Notes: a model not told the origin generated them from the sequence alone. Numbered from the stretch's first letter, positions 8,143-19,724 are shown. The stretch: DNA of 64,000 bases from Myxococcota bacterium (GCA_036229005.1 JAZAMN010000031.1:192001-256000); one strand, 5' to 3'. Numbers and translations: made by a program.

Positions 8143-10113
8143 CTACATGTCGTCCTCGGCCACCACGACCAGGCCGTCTTCCGCGGTCAGGGTGATCTGG
8201 GTGTCCTTGAGCGGGATGAGCTGCACGCCGTAGTTCTGCTCGCCGTCGGTCTCCAGCGCCTTGCGCTTCCAGCCGATGCAGATCTCCGTGTCCCGCTTGC
8301 GCACGTGGGCCATCAGGTCCGCGAAGGTGCAGGTGACCGGGAGCTGGTCGAAGTAGAGCCACGCGGGCTTGACGTAGATCTCCGAGCCGTCCTCCTGGAA
8401 GAGGTCGTCGTAGACGCGCTGGATGTCGGGCTCGCTGCTGATCTGCGCGAACACCATCGACACCATGCGGTTGGAGATGATGAAGTCGTTGACGCCGGCT
8501 CGGGAGATCAGCTCCTGGTTCCGGGAGTCCAGCACCTCGGTGATGATCTTGGTGCTGACCTCGCGGCCCTCGGCCTGGGCCTGCTTGAGCAGGCTGCGCA
8601 GGTGCAGGAGCACGATGATGGTCTCGGAGTCCACCCGCTCGGGGGAGAGCTCCTCGGCCGGCTTCTGCGGCAGGATGATGACCGTGTTGAAGGAGAAGGG
8701 GTCGATGCTGGCCAGGTCCTCGGCGGAGAGCGGGTCCTTGGCGACGAGCTCACAGCCGGCGTTCTCCAGCTCCCCGTTGAGCTCCTCCAGGGCCTCGCTC
8801 ACGAACTCGGGCGCGTCGGGCAGCACCACGTGGACCTCGCTGCCCTCCAGCACGTACTCGCTGTACTCGCTGATCAGGATGGGGGCCTTGGGGGACCAGC
8901 CCAGCAGCAGCATGCGCTCCTTCTCCGGCTGGATCCGCTTGACCGGCATCTCCATGTCCTTGGGCTGGGCCACGGGCTGGGGACGGAAGTCGATGGTGCT
9001 GTCATCGTCGGCGACGATCAAGATCTCGTCGTCGTCCTGCATGACGTAGTCGGGGTCGGTGCGCAGCTCCAGGGAGCCGTCGGACTTGCGCACGCCGATG
9101 GGCACACCGTCGGGGAAGTGGAACTGCAGCGCGCCGAAGGTGATGCCCTTCCAGTCGTCGCCGTGGAAGTACATCTCGCAGCCCTCGAAGGAGAGCAGCT
9201 CGGCATAGACGACGGACAGGCCGCTGGTGCGGCTGGTCTGCACCATGATCTTGGCCAGGATGTCCTGGGCGTCGATCACGCTGACCCGCTCGGGGCTGAT
9301 GTTCTTGACCACGTCGCGGTTCCGGGGGTCGAAGACCTCGGCCACGATGTTGATGTCCGCGTCCTCGCCCACGTGGGCGACCAGGGCCAGCACGGTCTTG
9401 ATGACCAGGGCGTCGCTGGTGAGCTTGTCCTCGTTCGAGGCGGCCTCCCCGCAGGTGGCCAGGACGATGGCGGCCTCGGCGTGCTCAGCGGAGACCTTCT
9501 CCAGGCTGTTCAGGCTGGCCGTGGGGCCATGTCGCGTCACGCAGCGCAGGTTGCGGCGGTCGGTCCAGTTGTCCCGCAGGAACTCGTCCATCTCCTCCTT
9601 CTCCTGCTCGGAGAGGATGACGACGACGGGGTCCTTCTCGGACTCGTTGGCCTCCACCAGCTCGGCCAGGATCTCGGGCACGCGCGGCCCCCACCCGATG
9701 ATCAGGGTGTGGCCGGACTCCAGCACGCGGCTGTGGCCCTTCTTGAGGTTGTCGATGGCCTGGTCCAGCGCGGTGGTCAGGAAGGCGATCAGCGCGGAGA
9801 AGATGACCACTCCGGTCATGCCCGCGGCCATGGCGACCAGCTTGTAGGCCCCGAAGGTGTCGTTGTCCTGGGCCATGTTGCCGGGGTCGGTGAGCTGCAG
9901 CCAGGTGAACCACAGCCCCTGGAAGAAGCGGAAGCGGTCCTCGCCGTTGAACACCAGGTCCATCAGCCAGGCCACGAAGCGCAGCCCGCCGATGGCCAGG
10001 AAGGAGACCAGGAAGGCCACCGAGAGCGCGACGAACAGCGCCTTGGAGCCCTTGCCCAGGAAAGTGTCGACCTTGTAGCGGAGCTTCTCGCCGAAGCTGG
10101 GTTCCTGACTCAC
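8143..10113 (-). CDS. CASTOR/POLLUX(DMI1)-like cation channel with tandem RCK domains
   Basis: N-terminal TMs, pore motif LTDPGNMAQD, GHTLIIGW, GLSVVYAELLSFEGCEMYF, DLFQEDGSEIYVKP. Confidence 0.85.
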   Translation of the reverse strand: MSQEPSFGEKLRYKVDTFLGKGSKALFVALSVAFLVSFLAIGGLRFVAWLMDLVFNGEDRFRFFQGLWFTWLQLTDPGNMAQDNDTFGAYKLVAMAAGMTGVVIFSALIAFLTTALDQAIDNLKKGHSRVLESGHTLIIGWGPRVPEILAELVEANESEKDPVVVILSEQEKEEMDEFLRDNWTDRRNLRCVTRHGPTASLNSLEKVSAEHAEAAIVLATCGEAASNEDKLTSDALVIKTVLALVAHVGEDADINIVAEVFDPRNRDVVKNISPERVSVIDAQDILAKIMVQTSRTSGLSVVYAELLSFEGCEMYFHGDDWKGITFGALQFHFPDGVPIGVRKSDGSLELRTDPDYVMQDDDEILIVADDDSTIDFRPQPVAQPKDMEMPVKRIQPEKERMLLLGWSPKAPILISEYSEYVLEGSEVHVVLPDAPEFVSEALEELNGELENAGCELVAKDPLSAEDLASIDPFSFNTVIILPQKPAEELSPERVDSETIIVLLHLRSLLKQAQAEGREVSTKIITEVLDSRNQELISRAGVNDFIISNRMVSMVFAQISSEPDIQRVYDDLFQEDGSEIYVKPAWLYFDQLPVTCTFADLMAHVRKRDTEICIGWKRKALETDGEQNYGVQLIPLKDTQITLTAEDGLVVVAEDDM

Positions 10114-10185
10114 GGATTCTCCAGGTGGGGGCCTTCTCTACACCAGCATTCCCACCCCTGCCATCCGCGGCGTCCCCCCGATCTC

Positions 10186-11709
10186 CTACCAGAGGGAGCG
10201 GATCTCGCCCGCCTTTAGAGTCAGCGTCTGCACCGCCTGGCCCGGGAGCTGCACCTCCACCTGATCCCCCGCGTCCAAAGCGAGGTAAACCTCCTGCGCG
10301 CTGGACGAGAAGGAGTTGACCGGCGCCGCCCACTGGGTGCCCCGAGCGGAGCGCACCCGGGTCCCCGGCGGCACCTGCAGCGTGGCCCGCTCCCCGCAGC
10401 CATCCATGGACAGCCACGCCCGCAGGCGGATCTGCTCGGTGCCCACCCAGGACGCGGTCATCAGGTCCGGCAGGCCGTCGCGGTTCCAGTCGCCCGTGAC
10501 CAGCCCGCGGCCCGCCGCTTCGTCGTCGAAGCCCTCCATGGGCACCATCACGCCGTCCTGGTTCCACATCAGGGCGTCCGGCTGCGCCTGGCTCTCGTCC
10601 CAGCGCACGCCGTTGCTGTCCTCGACGTAGGTCTCGAACCAGAAGATCAGGGTGCCGAAGCGCACCGGCGCCTCCGGCCAGCCGTCCAGATCCAGGTCGA
10701 TCAGGGCGGTGCCCCAGCTCGTCTGGCGGTCCTCGCTGGGGGGGACCTCGGCCTTGAGGGCGGCGGTCGCGTCCACGAAGCTGCCGCCGAAGTTGGTGAG
10801 CAGGATGGGGCTGCCGATGTTGGTGACGTAGAGGTCGGGCTGCGCGTTGCCGTCGATGTCCCCGACCCCGATGCCCATGCCGTAGACCGAGAGGTCGGCG
10901 GTGCCGCCGGGGTCCCGGGAGAAGCGCCCGCTGCCGTCGTTGAGCAGCAGCAGGTTGGGGGTCACGTAGGCCCCGAAGTCGCGGCCCAGGTAGAGATCCA
11001 GGTCCCCGTCCCCCTCGGCGTCGAGCACCTGGGCCAGGAAGGTGAGGCCGATGGCGTCTTCCTCCGAGACGGCCTCGGCGTCGGCCACCAGCTCGCCGTT
11101 CTGGTTCTCGAAGTAGAGCGAGAGGATGCCCGGCTCGTTGCCGCTCAGGATGCGCTGCTCTTCGGGCCAGCTCCGGGAGCGGGACAGGAAGAGGTCCAGA
11201 TCCCCGTCCCCGTCGAAGTCCGCGAAGGTGAACCCGTGGCTCTGCTCCTCTTGAGTGCCGGGCAGCTCGGTCCAGGTGTAGCCCCCGGCGCCGTCAGGCC
11301 GGCCGACCAGATCCGAGGCGCCGTCCCAGCGGCCCACAAAGAGCTCGTCGGCGCCGTCTCCGTCCAGGTCCGCGGCCGCGATGGACACCGCCTGGGGGAT
11401 GACCAGCTCCCCGACCGTGAAGCCCCCTTCTCCGCCCATGAGCACGCGGATGTCGCGGTCCGGGTTGGCCGGCGCGATGTCCAGCCAGCCGTCCTGGTCG
11501 ATGTCGAGCACGGCCATGCCCGGCCCCGAGTAGTTGGGGTGGTCCAGGGGGTTGGGGGCGGCCACGCCGCTGTCGCCGTCGAGATCCGTGGCGGTCCAGC
11601 TCCGGGCCTCGTCCAGGCGACCGGCCGGACACTCCGGGGTCGACACCACCACGCTGTCTACAGGGGGGTCGTCCTTGCAGGCCAAGGCCAAGAGCAGAAG
11701 GCTCACCAT
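10186..11709 (-). CDS. CRTAC1/ASPIC-UnbV-like FG-GAP lipoprotein
   Basis: LALAC lipobox, repeated DxDGDGDLD, MGIGVGD, TSWGTALID, GRGLVTGD. Confidence 0.8.
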   Translation of the reverse strand: MVSLLLLALACKDDPPVDSVVVSTPECPAGRLDEARSWTATDLDGDSGVAAPNPLDHPNYSGPGMAVLDIDQDGWLDIAPANPDRDIRVLMGGEGGFTVGELVIPQAVSIAAADLDGDGADELFVGRWDGASDLVGRPDGAGGYTWTELPGTQEEQSHGFTFADFDGDGDLDLFLSRSRSWPEEQRILSGNEPGILSLYFENQNGELVADAEAVSEEDAIGLTFLAQVLDAEGDGDLDLYLGRDFGAYVTPNLLLLNDGSGRFSRDPGGTADLSVYGMGIGVGDIDGNAQPDLYVTNIGSPILLTNFGGSFVDATAALKAEVPPSEDRQTSWGTALIDLDLDGWPEAPVRFGTLIFWFETYVEDSNGVRWDESQAQPDALMWNQDGVMVPMEGFDDEAAGRGLVTGDWNRDGLPDLMTASWVGTEQIRLRAWLSMDGCGERATLQVPPGTRVRSARGTQWAAPVNSFSSSAQEVYLALDAGDQVEVQLPGQAVQTLTLKAGEIRSLW

Positions 11710-13220
11710 GTGGGCTCCAGTCGGCTGCCGCCGGCCACGTTGTCCTGGGTCCAGGTGCTGCCGTCGGGCCAGGTGACGGTCACGCTGACGGTGTCCTCGC
11801 TGGCGGGTCCCAGTCCAAGGAAGACCTGGGAGGCCGAGGTGCTCCAGGTTGAGGCCGGCAGCATCCAGCGGGTGCTGATCCTCTCCCCCTGGACCGCCTG
11901 GACCCGAGCCCCCACGGCGCTGGGGGGGAGGTCGACCAGCACGTGCTGGCACTCGGACTGGGTGTGCCAGGTCTGCACGTACCAGATGCCCGCGCTGACC
12001 AGGTCGGGGTCGCCGTCGCCGTCCAGATCCCCGACCAGCAGGTCCCGGCCCACGCGGTCGTCGGTGAAGCCGGCCTCGGGGGCCTCGACGAAGCCCTGGT
12101 CGGTGGCGAGCATGAAGAGATCCCGCTGGGCGGCGCCGTCCTGGAAGCTGGGGTCCAGATCTTCGGCGTCGCTGCCGTCGCTGCCGGGGGTGAGGGTGCC
12201 AAAGACCATCGCGACGTCATCGCGCCCGTCGCCGCTCAGGTCCACGAACTGGGTGCCCCAGCCGGCCAGGCGGTCCGCGCTGTTGGGGACGGAGGCGCCC
12301 GTAGCCGCGGTGATGTCGACGAAGGCGCCGGTGCCGGTCGCGGAGAAGAGCACGGGCCCGCCCAGGTTGGAGACGTAGAGCTCCGGCAGGCCGTCTCCGG
12401 TAGGGTCCCCGACCGCCACGCCCATGGCATACATGGCGCGGTCGCAGGCGCAGTCGGTGGCGTCGCTGAACTGCCCGCTGCCGTCGTTGAGCAGCAGGCG
12501 GTTGCGGCCGGTGTAGGGGCCGTAGTCGTTGGCGGTGTAGAGGTCGAGGTCGCCGTCCCCGTCCGCGTCCACCCACTGGGCCATGAAGGCGACGTCGTCG
12601 AGCACGTCGGCGGGGATGCGCGCGCTGACGTCCACCATGCTGCCGTCGCCCTGGTTCTCGTAGAGCCGCGAGCCGGTGCCCTGTCCCCCCTCCAGATCGG
12701 AAGGCTGAAGCGCCGTGTTGTAGGCGCTGGTGAACACGTCCAGGTCCCCGTCCCCGTCCATGTCGGCCACGGCGATGGAGAACTCCTCGGCCTCGCTGTC
12801 CCCGAACTCGATGGGCGTGCGACCGTCGGTGAACGCGATCATGTCGGGCGCATTGGGGATGGTCAGCAGCAGGTCGACCACGCCGTCCCCGTCCATGTCT
12901 CCGGTGGCCAGCCCGGTGGCCGGGGGCAGGGTCACGGGGGCCACGGTGAAGGCGCCGCTGCCGTCGTTGACGTAGAGCAGGCCCTCGCCCTCCATGGTGA
13001 CCAGGGCCAGGTCCAGGTCCCCGTCGCCGTCCAGGTCCTCCAGCGCGGCGCCGACGCTGCCGTGGGGAGAGAGGGAGGCGGGCTCGCGCACCGGCTCCAG
13101 GGACTGGGTGGGGGTCAGGGTGGGCGCGGCGCAGGCGGGCCACTGCACCACGGGGGCGCTGTCGCTGTCGGACGGGGTGTCCTTTGAGCAAGCGATCAGC
13201 AGGGCAAGCGCGGGGGTCAA
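11703..13220 (-). CDS. CRTAC1/ASPIC-UnbV-like FG-GAP lipoprotein, tandem paralog
   Basis: LIAC lipobox, DxDGDGDLD repeats, C-terminal AVGARV...FLGLG...VTWPDG. Confidence 0.8.
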   Translation of the reverse strand: MTPALALLIACSKDTPSDSDSAPVVQWPACAAPTLTPTQSLEPVREPASLSPHGSVGAALEDLDGDGDLDLALVTMEGEGLLYVNDGSGAFTVAPVTLPPATGLATGDMDGDGVVDLLLTIPNAPDMIAFTDGRTPIEFGDSEAEEFSIAVADMDGDGDLDVFTSAYNTALQPSDLEGGQGTGSRLYENQGDGSMVDVSARIPADVLDDVAFMAQWVDADGDGDLDLYTANDYGPYTGRNRLLLNDGSGQFSDATDCACDRAMYAMGVAVGDPTGDGLPELYVSNLGGPVLFSATGTGAFVDITAATGASVPNSADRLAGWGTQFVDLSGDGRDDVAMVFGTLTPGSDGSDAEDLDPSFQDGAAQRDLFMLATDQGFVEAPEAGFTDDRVGRDLLVGDLDGDGDPDLVSAGIWYVQTWHTQSECQHVLVDLPPSAVGARVQAVQGERISTRWMLPASTWSTSASQVFLGLGPASEDTVSVTVTWPDGSTWTQDNVAGGSRLEPTW

Positions 13221-13273
13221 GGGACGCCTCCAGGCCCCATTGTCCCGGGCCGGTCAGGGAGTGTCAACGCGAC

Positions 13274-13912
13274 TCAGAGGCCGCCTGCGGGCAGGTCCGC
13301 GTAGGGGTCTGCGGCCAGGCGCGCGGCGTAGTCCAGCAACAGGCGGTCCTGCTCGGGGGCCTGGTCCCGGAGGGCTCGAAGCTGCGCCTGGGTCTGGGGG
13401 CTGGGGTCCAGTCGGGAGAGCTCCAGCGCGGCCAGTGCGCCCAGCGGCCCCTCGAGTTGCGCCTCCATCAGGGCCCTCGCCTGCTCCGAAGGCAGGGTCC
13501 ACGACAGCACGATCAGCGCCTCGGCGGCCCCCGGTCCCCCCGCATCCAGCACCGGTCGGGCGATGGCCGCGCCCCGGTGCCCCTGGCGAATGCACAGCTC
13601 CACCGCGCTCAGGGAGATGCCGGGATCCCCGTCGCCCAGCCGCGCCGCGAGCGCTCGGTCCACCCGGTCGCTCTGGGGGCCCACGTCCGGCGTCAGCGCC
13701 TCTTCGACCTGCTTGTTGTCCAGGCCGGTCTCCATCGACAGCATGAACAGCAGCTCCCCCTCGCGGGGGTTGGGCAGCGCCTCGCTCAGGTCCTCCTGCA
13801 GAGGCGCAGGCTCCACGTGGGGGACGCGCTTGCTGGCCAGCCAATAGAGCGAGAGCAGCGCCCCACCCAGCAGCAGCAGAGGGCCGATGCGGCGGGGGTT
13901 CAGGGCATCCAT
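13274..13912 (-). CDS. Membrane-anchored helical hypothetical protein
   Basis: N-terminal TM, Leu/Ala-rich helices; overlaps the upstream stop. Confidence 0.6.
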   Translation of the reverse strand: MDALNPRRIGPLLLLGGALLSLYWLASKRVPHVEPAPLQEDLSEALPNPREGELLFMLSMETGLDNKQVEEALTPDVGPQSDRVDRALAARLGDGDPGISLSAVELCIRQGHRGAAIARPVLDAGGPGAAEALIVLSWTLPSEQARALMEAQLEGPLGALAALELSRLDPSPQTQAQLRALRDQAPEQDRLLLDYAARLAADPYADLPAGGL

Positions 13913-15579
13913 CGGGTCCAGGCCTCGCGGGGGTCGGCGTCAGCGGAGGGGATGGCATAGACCAGCAGGTGCTCGCCCGCATCCCAGGACTCGTAGGCGG
14001 TCTCACCAAAGGCCCCGGACAAGCTGGCCTCAAGCGCGGCCCGCTCATTGGGCGGGTAGGCGTCCGGTCGCCAGATCACCGCGGCGATCCCCAGCTCCGA
14101 GAGCATCTTCCGGAGCTGCTCCGGGTCCTCCCCCCGCAGGGCGCGGTCGTGGATGCTGGCGCTCAGGCGGGCCCGCGGGTCCACGTCGGGCGTGGTCTCC
14201 AGGCAGAGCGTGGTCAGGGGGCGCCCGTGGTGCCCGGCCCAGGCGCAGGTCAGGTCGACCAGGGTCAGCTCGTAGTCCACCGGGGGCCCCGCGACGGCCG
14301 GGAAGAGGTCCAGCACCGGGCCCGGGGGTGCGTGCTCGTAGGCGCTGGGGGGGCGCGCCGGGACGGGGGCCGTGCGCCAGGCGTTGCCCGTCAGCAGGAT
14401 GGCCTCGCCGAAGGGGGCGATGCACAGAGGCGCGAGCCACCCAGGGTGCACGTGGGTGGACAGCCGCGTGAGGACCAGCGACGCCACCACTCCGATCCCC
14501 ACCGAAGACAGCCAGAGCATCCGCGCCGGGAAGCGGTAGAGCTGCACGACCTCGGTGCGGGCCAGGGGCGCCATCAGCCAGGGCATGCCGGAGTTCAGGC
14601 TGGGGTCCATGCGCAGGGTCGGTCCCAGGGACAGCGCGACGCCCAGCAGGCCCAGAACCGCCCACTGCAGCCAGTCTCCGCGCGGCCTCAACACCAGGGG
14701 AGCCACCGCGAGCAGGGCCAGCAGCACCATGCCCAGGGGGGCGACCACGCCGTGGGGTTGGGCCTCGATCTGGGGGACCCAGCCGGCCAGGGTGGAGAGC
14801 TGCGTCGAGCCCTCCTCCAGCACCCGCGTCGGCGAGATTCCAGCGAAGGGGGAGGCTTGGTTGCGCATCCCACCGTCGTCCCCACCGCCTGAGAAGGCCA
14901 GGATGTACGCCACCCCCAGGGGCAGCGCGACCGCAGCCGAGGACACCTTGGCCCAGACCGGCCCCCGCCGCAGCAGCCCCAGCGCGACCATCAGCGTGGC
15001 GGCGATGCCCACGTAGGCCGTGGTCAGCAGGCACAGGAACCAGAACAGACCGGCCAGCGCGCCCTGCTGCCAGGTGCCCTGGGGCCCCGTGGCCTTCCAG
15101 CCGTAGAGCGCCAGCAGCGGCAGCCAGGGGTTGAGCAGCGCGTAGGTCTGGCCGTCCACGAAGGTCGCGGAGGCGATGCCCAGAAAGCCCATCGACAGGC
15201 CCGCCACCAGCGACCAGGGGAAGCGCGCACCCACCCCCTCGGCGCAGTGCTGACCGGCCAGCGCGGTGATCGGCGGCCCCAGCAGGACCACCGCGGAGAC
15301 GGCCCCCACCGGGTCCGGCTGCCCCGGCCACAGGCGCAGCAGCAGCAGGAACACCATCGAGTCCGCGCGCCCCAGATCCTGCCCCAGCGGCCAGCCCCCG
15401 AGCTCGGTCACCCCACGCAGCGGCAGGGCGTCCGAGATGCCCGCGAGCCAGATGCTGCCCCAGGTGTCGAAGCCGCTGACCACCACACCCGTCGGGTCTT
15501 GCGCCAGCGGCCAGCTCCAGGCCACCGACAGCAGGCTGTAGAGCAGCAGCGAGAGCGCGTAGCGGGCGGGGGCCTTCAC
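13900..15579 (-). CDS. Polytopic membrane protein, GT-C/YfhO-like
   Basis: About 10-12 hydrophobic segments, first-loop Asp (GFDTW), RFPARM, soluble C-terminal GPVLDLFP domain. Confidence 0.6.
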   Translation of the reverse strand: MKAPARYALSLLLYSLLSVAWSWPLAQDPTGVVVSGFDTWGSIWLAGISDALPLRGVTELGGWPLGQDLGRADSMVFLLLLRLWPGQPDPVGAVSAVVLLGPPITALAGQHCAEGVGARFPWSLVAGLSMGFLGIASATFVDGQTYALLNPWLPLLALYGWKATGPQGTWQQGALAGLFWFLCLLTTAYVGIAATLMVALGLLRRGPVWAKVSSAAVALPLGVAYILAFSGGGDDGGMRNQASPFAGISPTRVLEEGSTQLSTLAGWVPQIEAQPHGVVAPLGMVLLALLAVAPLVLRPRGDWLQWAVLGLLGVALSLGPTLRMDPSLNSGMPWLMAPLARTEVVQLYRFPARMLWLSSVGIGVVASLVLTRLSTHVHPGWLAPLCIAPFGEAILLTGNAWRTAPVPARPPSAYEHAPPGPVLDLFPAVAGPPVDYELTLVDLTCAWAGHHGRPLTTLCLETTPDVDPRARLSASIHDRALRGEDPEQLRKMLSELGIAAVIWRPDAYPPNERAALEASLSGAFGETAYESWDAGEHLLVYAIPSADADPREAWTRWMP

Positions 15580-16103
15580 GGGCGGGCCTGGGACGCCCGG
15601 CGGCGCGCCACGAGCACCACCCCCAGCACGTAGATCAGCGCCAGCGCGCCCCAGCCGTAGGCCGCGATCAGCGGGCGCCCGGTCTCGGAGGTCGGCAGCG
15701 CCCCCGTCCGCACCGCCGCGCTGCGCCGGAGCACGCCCCTTCCGCTGCCCGAGAGCGTCCAGCCGATGCGCAGGGTGTCGTCGATCTCCGTCTTCTCCAG
15801 GGCGTAGTAGCGCTCCTCGCCCTCCACAAAGAGCCGGATGCCGCGGTGCCGCAGGTAGGGGCCCTCATACCACCCCACCGCGATGCCGTCGCCGGCCACA
15901 TCGCCCTCCTGAGCGCCGTCATCGCGCAGCGGGATGCGCTTGTAGACGTCCCCCTCCTGGACCTGGACTTCGGCCTGCAGGCCGGGCTGATCGCTGGGCA
16001 GGCTGAGCTGGAAGAGCAGCCGCTGTGCGTGGGCCTGGGCGGGCAGCACCGCGCACAGCAGCGCCAGCGCCGCGAGCGTCCAGTGGTAGAGTCTGCGGCC
16101 CAT
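15576..16103 (-). CDS. Secreted choice-of-anchor-X-like protein with a C-terminal TM anchor
   Basis: Signal peptide ending AQAHA, LRDDGAQEGDVAGDG motif, C-terminal TM plus RRR. Confidence 0.6.
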   Translation of the reverse strand: MGRRLYHWTLAALALLCAVLPAQAHAQRLLFQLSLPSDQPGLQAEVQVQEGDVYKRIPLRDDGAQEGDVAGDGIAVGWYEGPYLRHRGIRLFVEGEERYYALEKTEIDDTLRIGWTLSGSGRGVLRRSAAVRTGALPTSETGRPLIAAYGWGALALIYVLGVVLVARRRASQARP

Positions 16104-16716
16104 GGCGCCCATCCATCCTCGCTCCAGCCTCCCGTGGCGGGCCCTGCTGGGGCTGGGGATCATCGGCCCTGCGCTGCTCCTGGGTCAAGGTCGCCCGGCC
16201 GCCGCGCAGGCACCAACCGCCGCCGCGCAGAGGCCCATCGAGGGGTCGCAGGCACAAGACAGCCCAGAGTCCCTGCCGCTCGGCCCAGCCGGCGATGTGC
16301 TGGCGATCGCCATCCTGGCCCCCTCCCCCCCCACCCTGAGCATCGGCGGGCAGCCCGTCCCCCTCGCAGACGACGGACAGGGGGTGGACGCGCAGGCCGG
16401 CGATGGCGTCTACAGCGGCAGCCTGAATCGCTGGCCCAGCAAGAACACCCAGGTGCGCCTGAGCCTGGGCGATCAGCTCGCCTTCCAGGACCAGGTCGCG
16501 TTCGCGCCAGCCAGTCCTCGCCTGCTCGCGATCCTCCGAGAGGGTGAGCCCGCAGCGCTGAGGTTCCTGGGTGAGCTGCCTGACCTCGATGCGGCCCAGC
16601 CCCCACCTCCCTCGGAGCCTCCCCCCTGGCTGTGGATCGGCCTGACGGGCCTGCTCGGGACCGCCGGTGGCCTCTGGCTGGGGCTCTCCCTCAAGGAGTC
16701 CCCGTGGCCGGCCTGA
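16102..16716 (+). CDS. Secreted choice-of-anchor-X-like protein with a C-terminal TM anchor
   Basis: LADDGQGVDAQAGDGVYSG motif, Pro-rich linker, C-terminal TM; start uncertain. Confidence 0.6.
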   Translation: MAPIHPRSSLPWRALLGLGIIGPALLLGQGRPAAAQAPTAAAQRPIEGSQAQDSPESLPLGPAGDVLAIAILAPSPPTLSIGGQPVPLADDGQGVDAQAGDGVYSGSLNRWPSKNTQVRLSLGDQLAFQDQVAFAPASPRLLAILREGEPAALRFLGELPDLDAAQPPPPSEPPPWLWIGLTGLLGTAGGLWLGLSLKESPWPA

Positions 16717-18146
16717 GCGCGCGCCTGCAGGACTACCAGCTCTGGATCCCGGCCGTGGCGATGCCTCTGCTGGTCTCCATCACGCCGCCCTTCTTGTCTC
16801 CGGACGGCGTCGAGGCCGTGAGCGCCGGCGCCTGCGCCCTGTCCCCGGGGATGGACTGCGCCGGCCTGGAGCTGTGGTTCTGGCCCCCCGCGTTCGGTCT
16901 GCTGGGCGGCGTGCTGGTCAACCTGGGTCTGGATCCCGGCGTCGCCGCGACCTGGCTGAGCCTGCTCTGCGGTGCGCTCGCGCTGATCCCGCTCTCCCGC
17001 CTGGCCCAGCGCCTGGGCGGCCCTCTGGCGGCGTGGACCGCGCCTCTGCTGCTGCTCTCCGTCCCCGATCTGCGCCTGCACCTGATGATGGGCGACGCCC
17101 GCCCGATGGCCCTGCTGGGCCTGCTCTGGGCCTGGGAGCTGGCCCTGGCGCGCAAGCTGCCCGTGCTGGTGGGGCTCATGGCGGGACTCAGTGTCCTCGC
17201 GCGCACCGAGATGCTCCTGCCCGTGGCGGCGCTGATGGCCTGGCTGGGGTGGTATGAGCGCCGCACTCTGCTGCGGGTCGCCCCCGCTCTGGCCCTGAGC
17301 CTGCTGCCCTACTGGATCGCCCTGTCCCTGGCCGCCGGACGCCCCACGATCAGCTCCCAGGGCTGGCAATCGCAGGTCTACCCCTGGCTCCAGTCCCTCC
17401 CCATGACCTGGCTGGAGCTCGATCTGGCCGCGGGCGCACGGGGGACCCCCTTCCGGGTGCTGCTCTCGGGCTCCCAAGCCGGTCCGGGGGGCGGGTCGGT
17501 GGGGCTGGATCTGGGCGTCCTGAGCCTCTCGATACAACGCACCACCACCGTGATGGTCCTCGCCCTGGCTGCACTGGGGATCCGCCAGCGAGGTGCGACT
17601 GTGGCCCTGCTGGCTCTGGGTCTCCCGGCCCTCGCGGTGACCGCCCTGCTCCCCCAGGCCCAGGACCTGCTGCTGCCCGCCAAGAACCTGCTGCCCTTTG
17701 GCTGGGTGCTGGCGGCGCTCGCGGCCTCGGGGCTCTCACGGATCGCCCACCTGTCCCGGGAGTGGGTCGCCTTGGCGGCGGCCTCCATCCTGCTGCTGCT
17801 CTCACTCCCCAGGGCCGTGGACGTGGCGGCTCCAGACGACAGCATCTTCTCCGAGGCGGTGCTCGCGGACCTGGAGCCCGGAAGCGCCGGCGTCGCGCTC
17901 TCCACCGCTCCCCTGGTCCTGCGGGCCGGCTGGGAGCGCCACCGGATCCCCAGCCCCTGGGCCGCCCGCGCCTGGCTGGAGGGCCCCGAGCGCGCCGACT
18001 ACCTGGTGCTCAGCACCCTGGACCAGCCCTTCGTCAGCCGCAGCCTGGCCGAGCTCCAGGCCCACGCCACCCTGGAGCCCGTGCTGATCCACCAAGGCGC
18101 GCTGGACACGCTCGTGGTCGTGCGCATCGTTGACGACTCGCGCTGA
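16704..18146 (+). CDS. Polytopic membrane protein, GT-C (PMT/ArnT-like) glycosyltransferase-like
   Basis: SPDG first-loop Asp, FWPP, GLSVLARTE, multiple TMs; start uncertain (16704 or 16761). Confidence 0.6.
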   Translation: MAGLSARLQDYQLWIPAVAMPLLVSITPPFLSPDGVEAVSAGACALSPGMDCAGLELWFWPPAFGLLGGVLVNLGLDPGVAATWLSLLCGALALIPLSRLAQRLGGPLAAWTAPLLLLSVPDLRLHLMMGDARPMALLGLLWAWELALARKLPVLVGLMAGLSVLARTEMLLPVAALMAWLGWYERRTLLRVAPALALSLLPYWIALSLAAGRPTISSQGWQSQVYPWLQSLPMTWLELDLAAGARGTPFRVLLSGSQAGPGGGSVGLDLGVLSLSIQRTTTVMVLALAALGIRQRGATVALLALGLPALAVTALLPQAQDLLLPAKNLLPFGWVLAALAASGLSRIAHLSREWVALAAASILLLLSLPRAVDVAAPDDSIFSEAVLADLEPGSAGVALSTAPLVLRAGWERHRIPSPWAARAWLEGPERADYLVLSTLDQPFVSRSLAELQAHATLEPVLIHQGALDTLVVVRIVDDSR

Positions 18147-18194
18147 CGCCAGCGCCAGAACGAAATAGGCGGCCCCACAGTTCAGGAGACAGCG

Positions 18195-19604
<1,410 letters not shown>

Positions 19605-19724
19605 GAACAGGGGGCTGAACAAGGGCCTTGGGTTGGGGCTCGCTGTGCCGAGATGTGGGATGGGAGACTCGTGCCAGGGACGCGGGTCGCTCACCCCGCT
19701 ACACTCCCCGCCCAAGGAGCTTGA

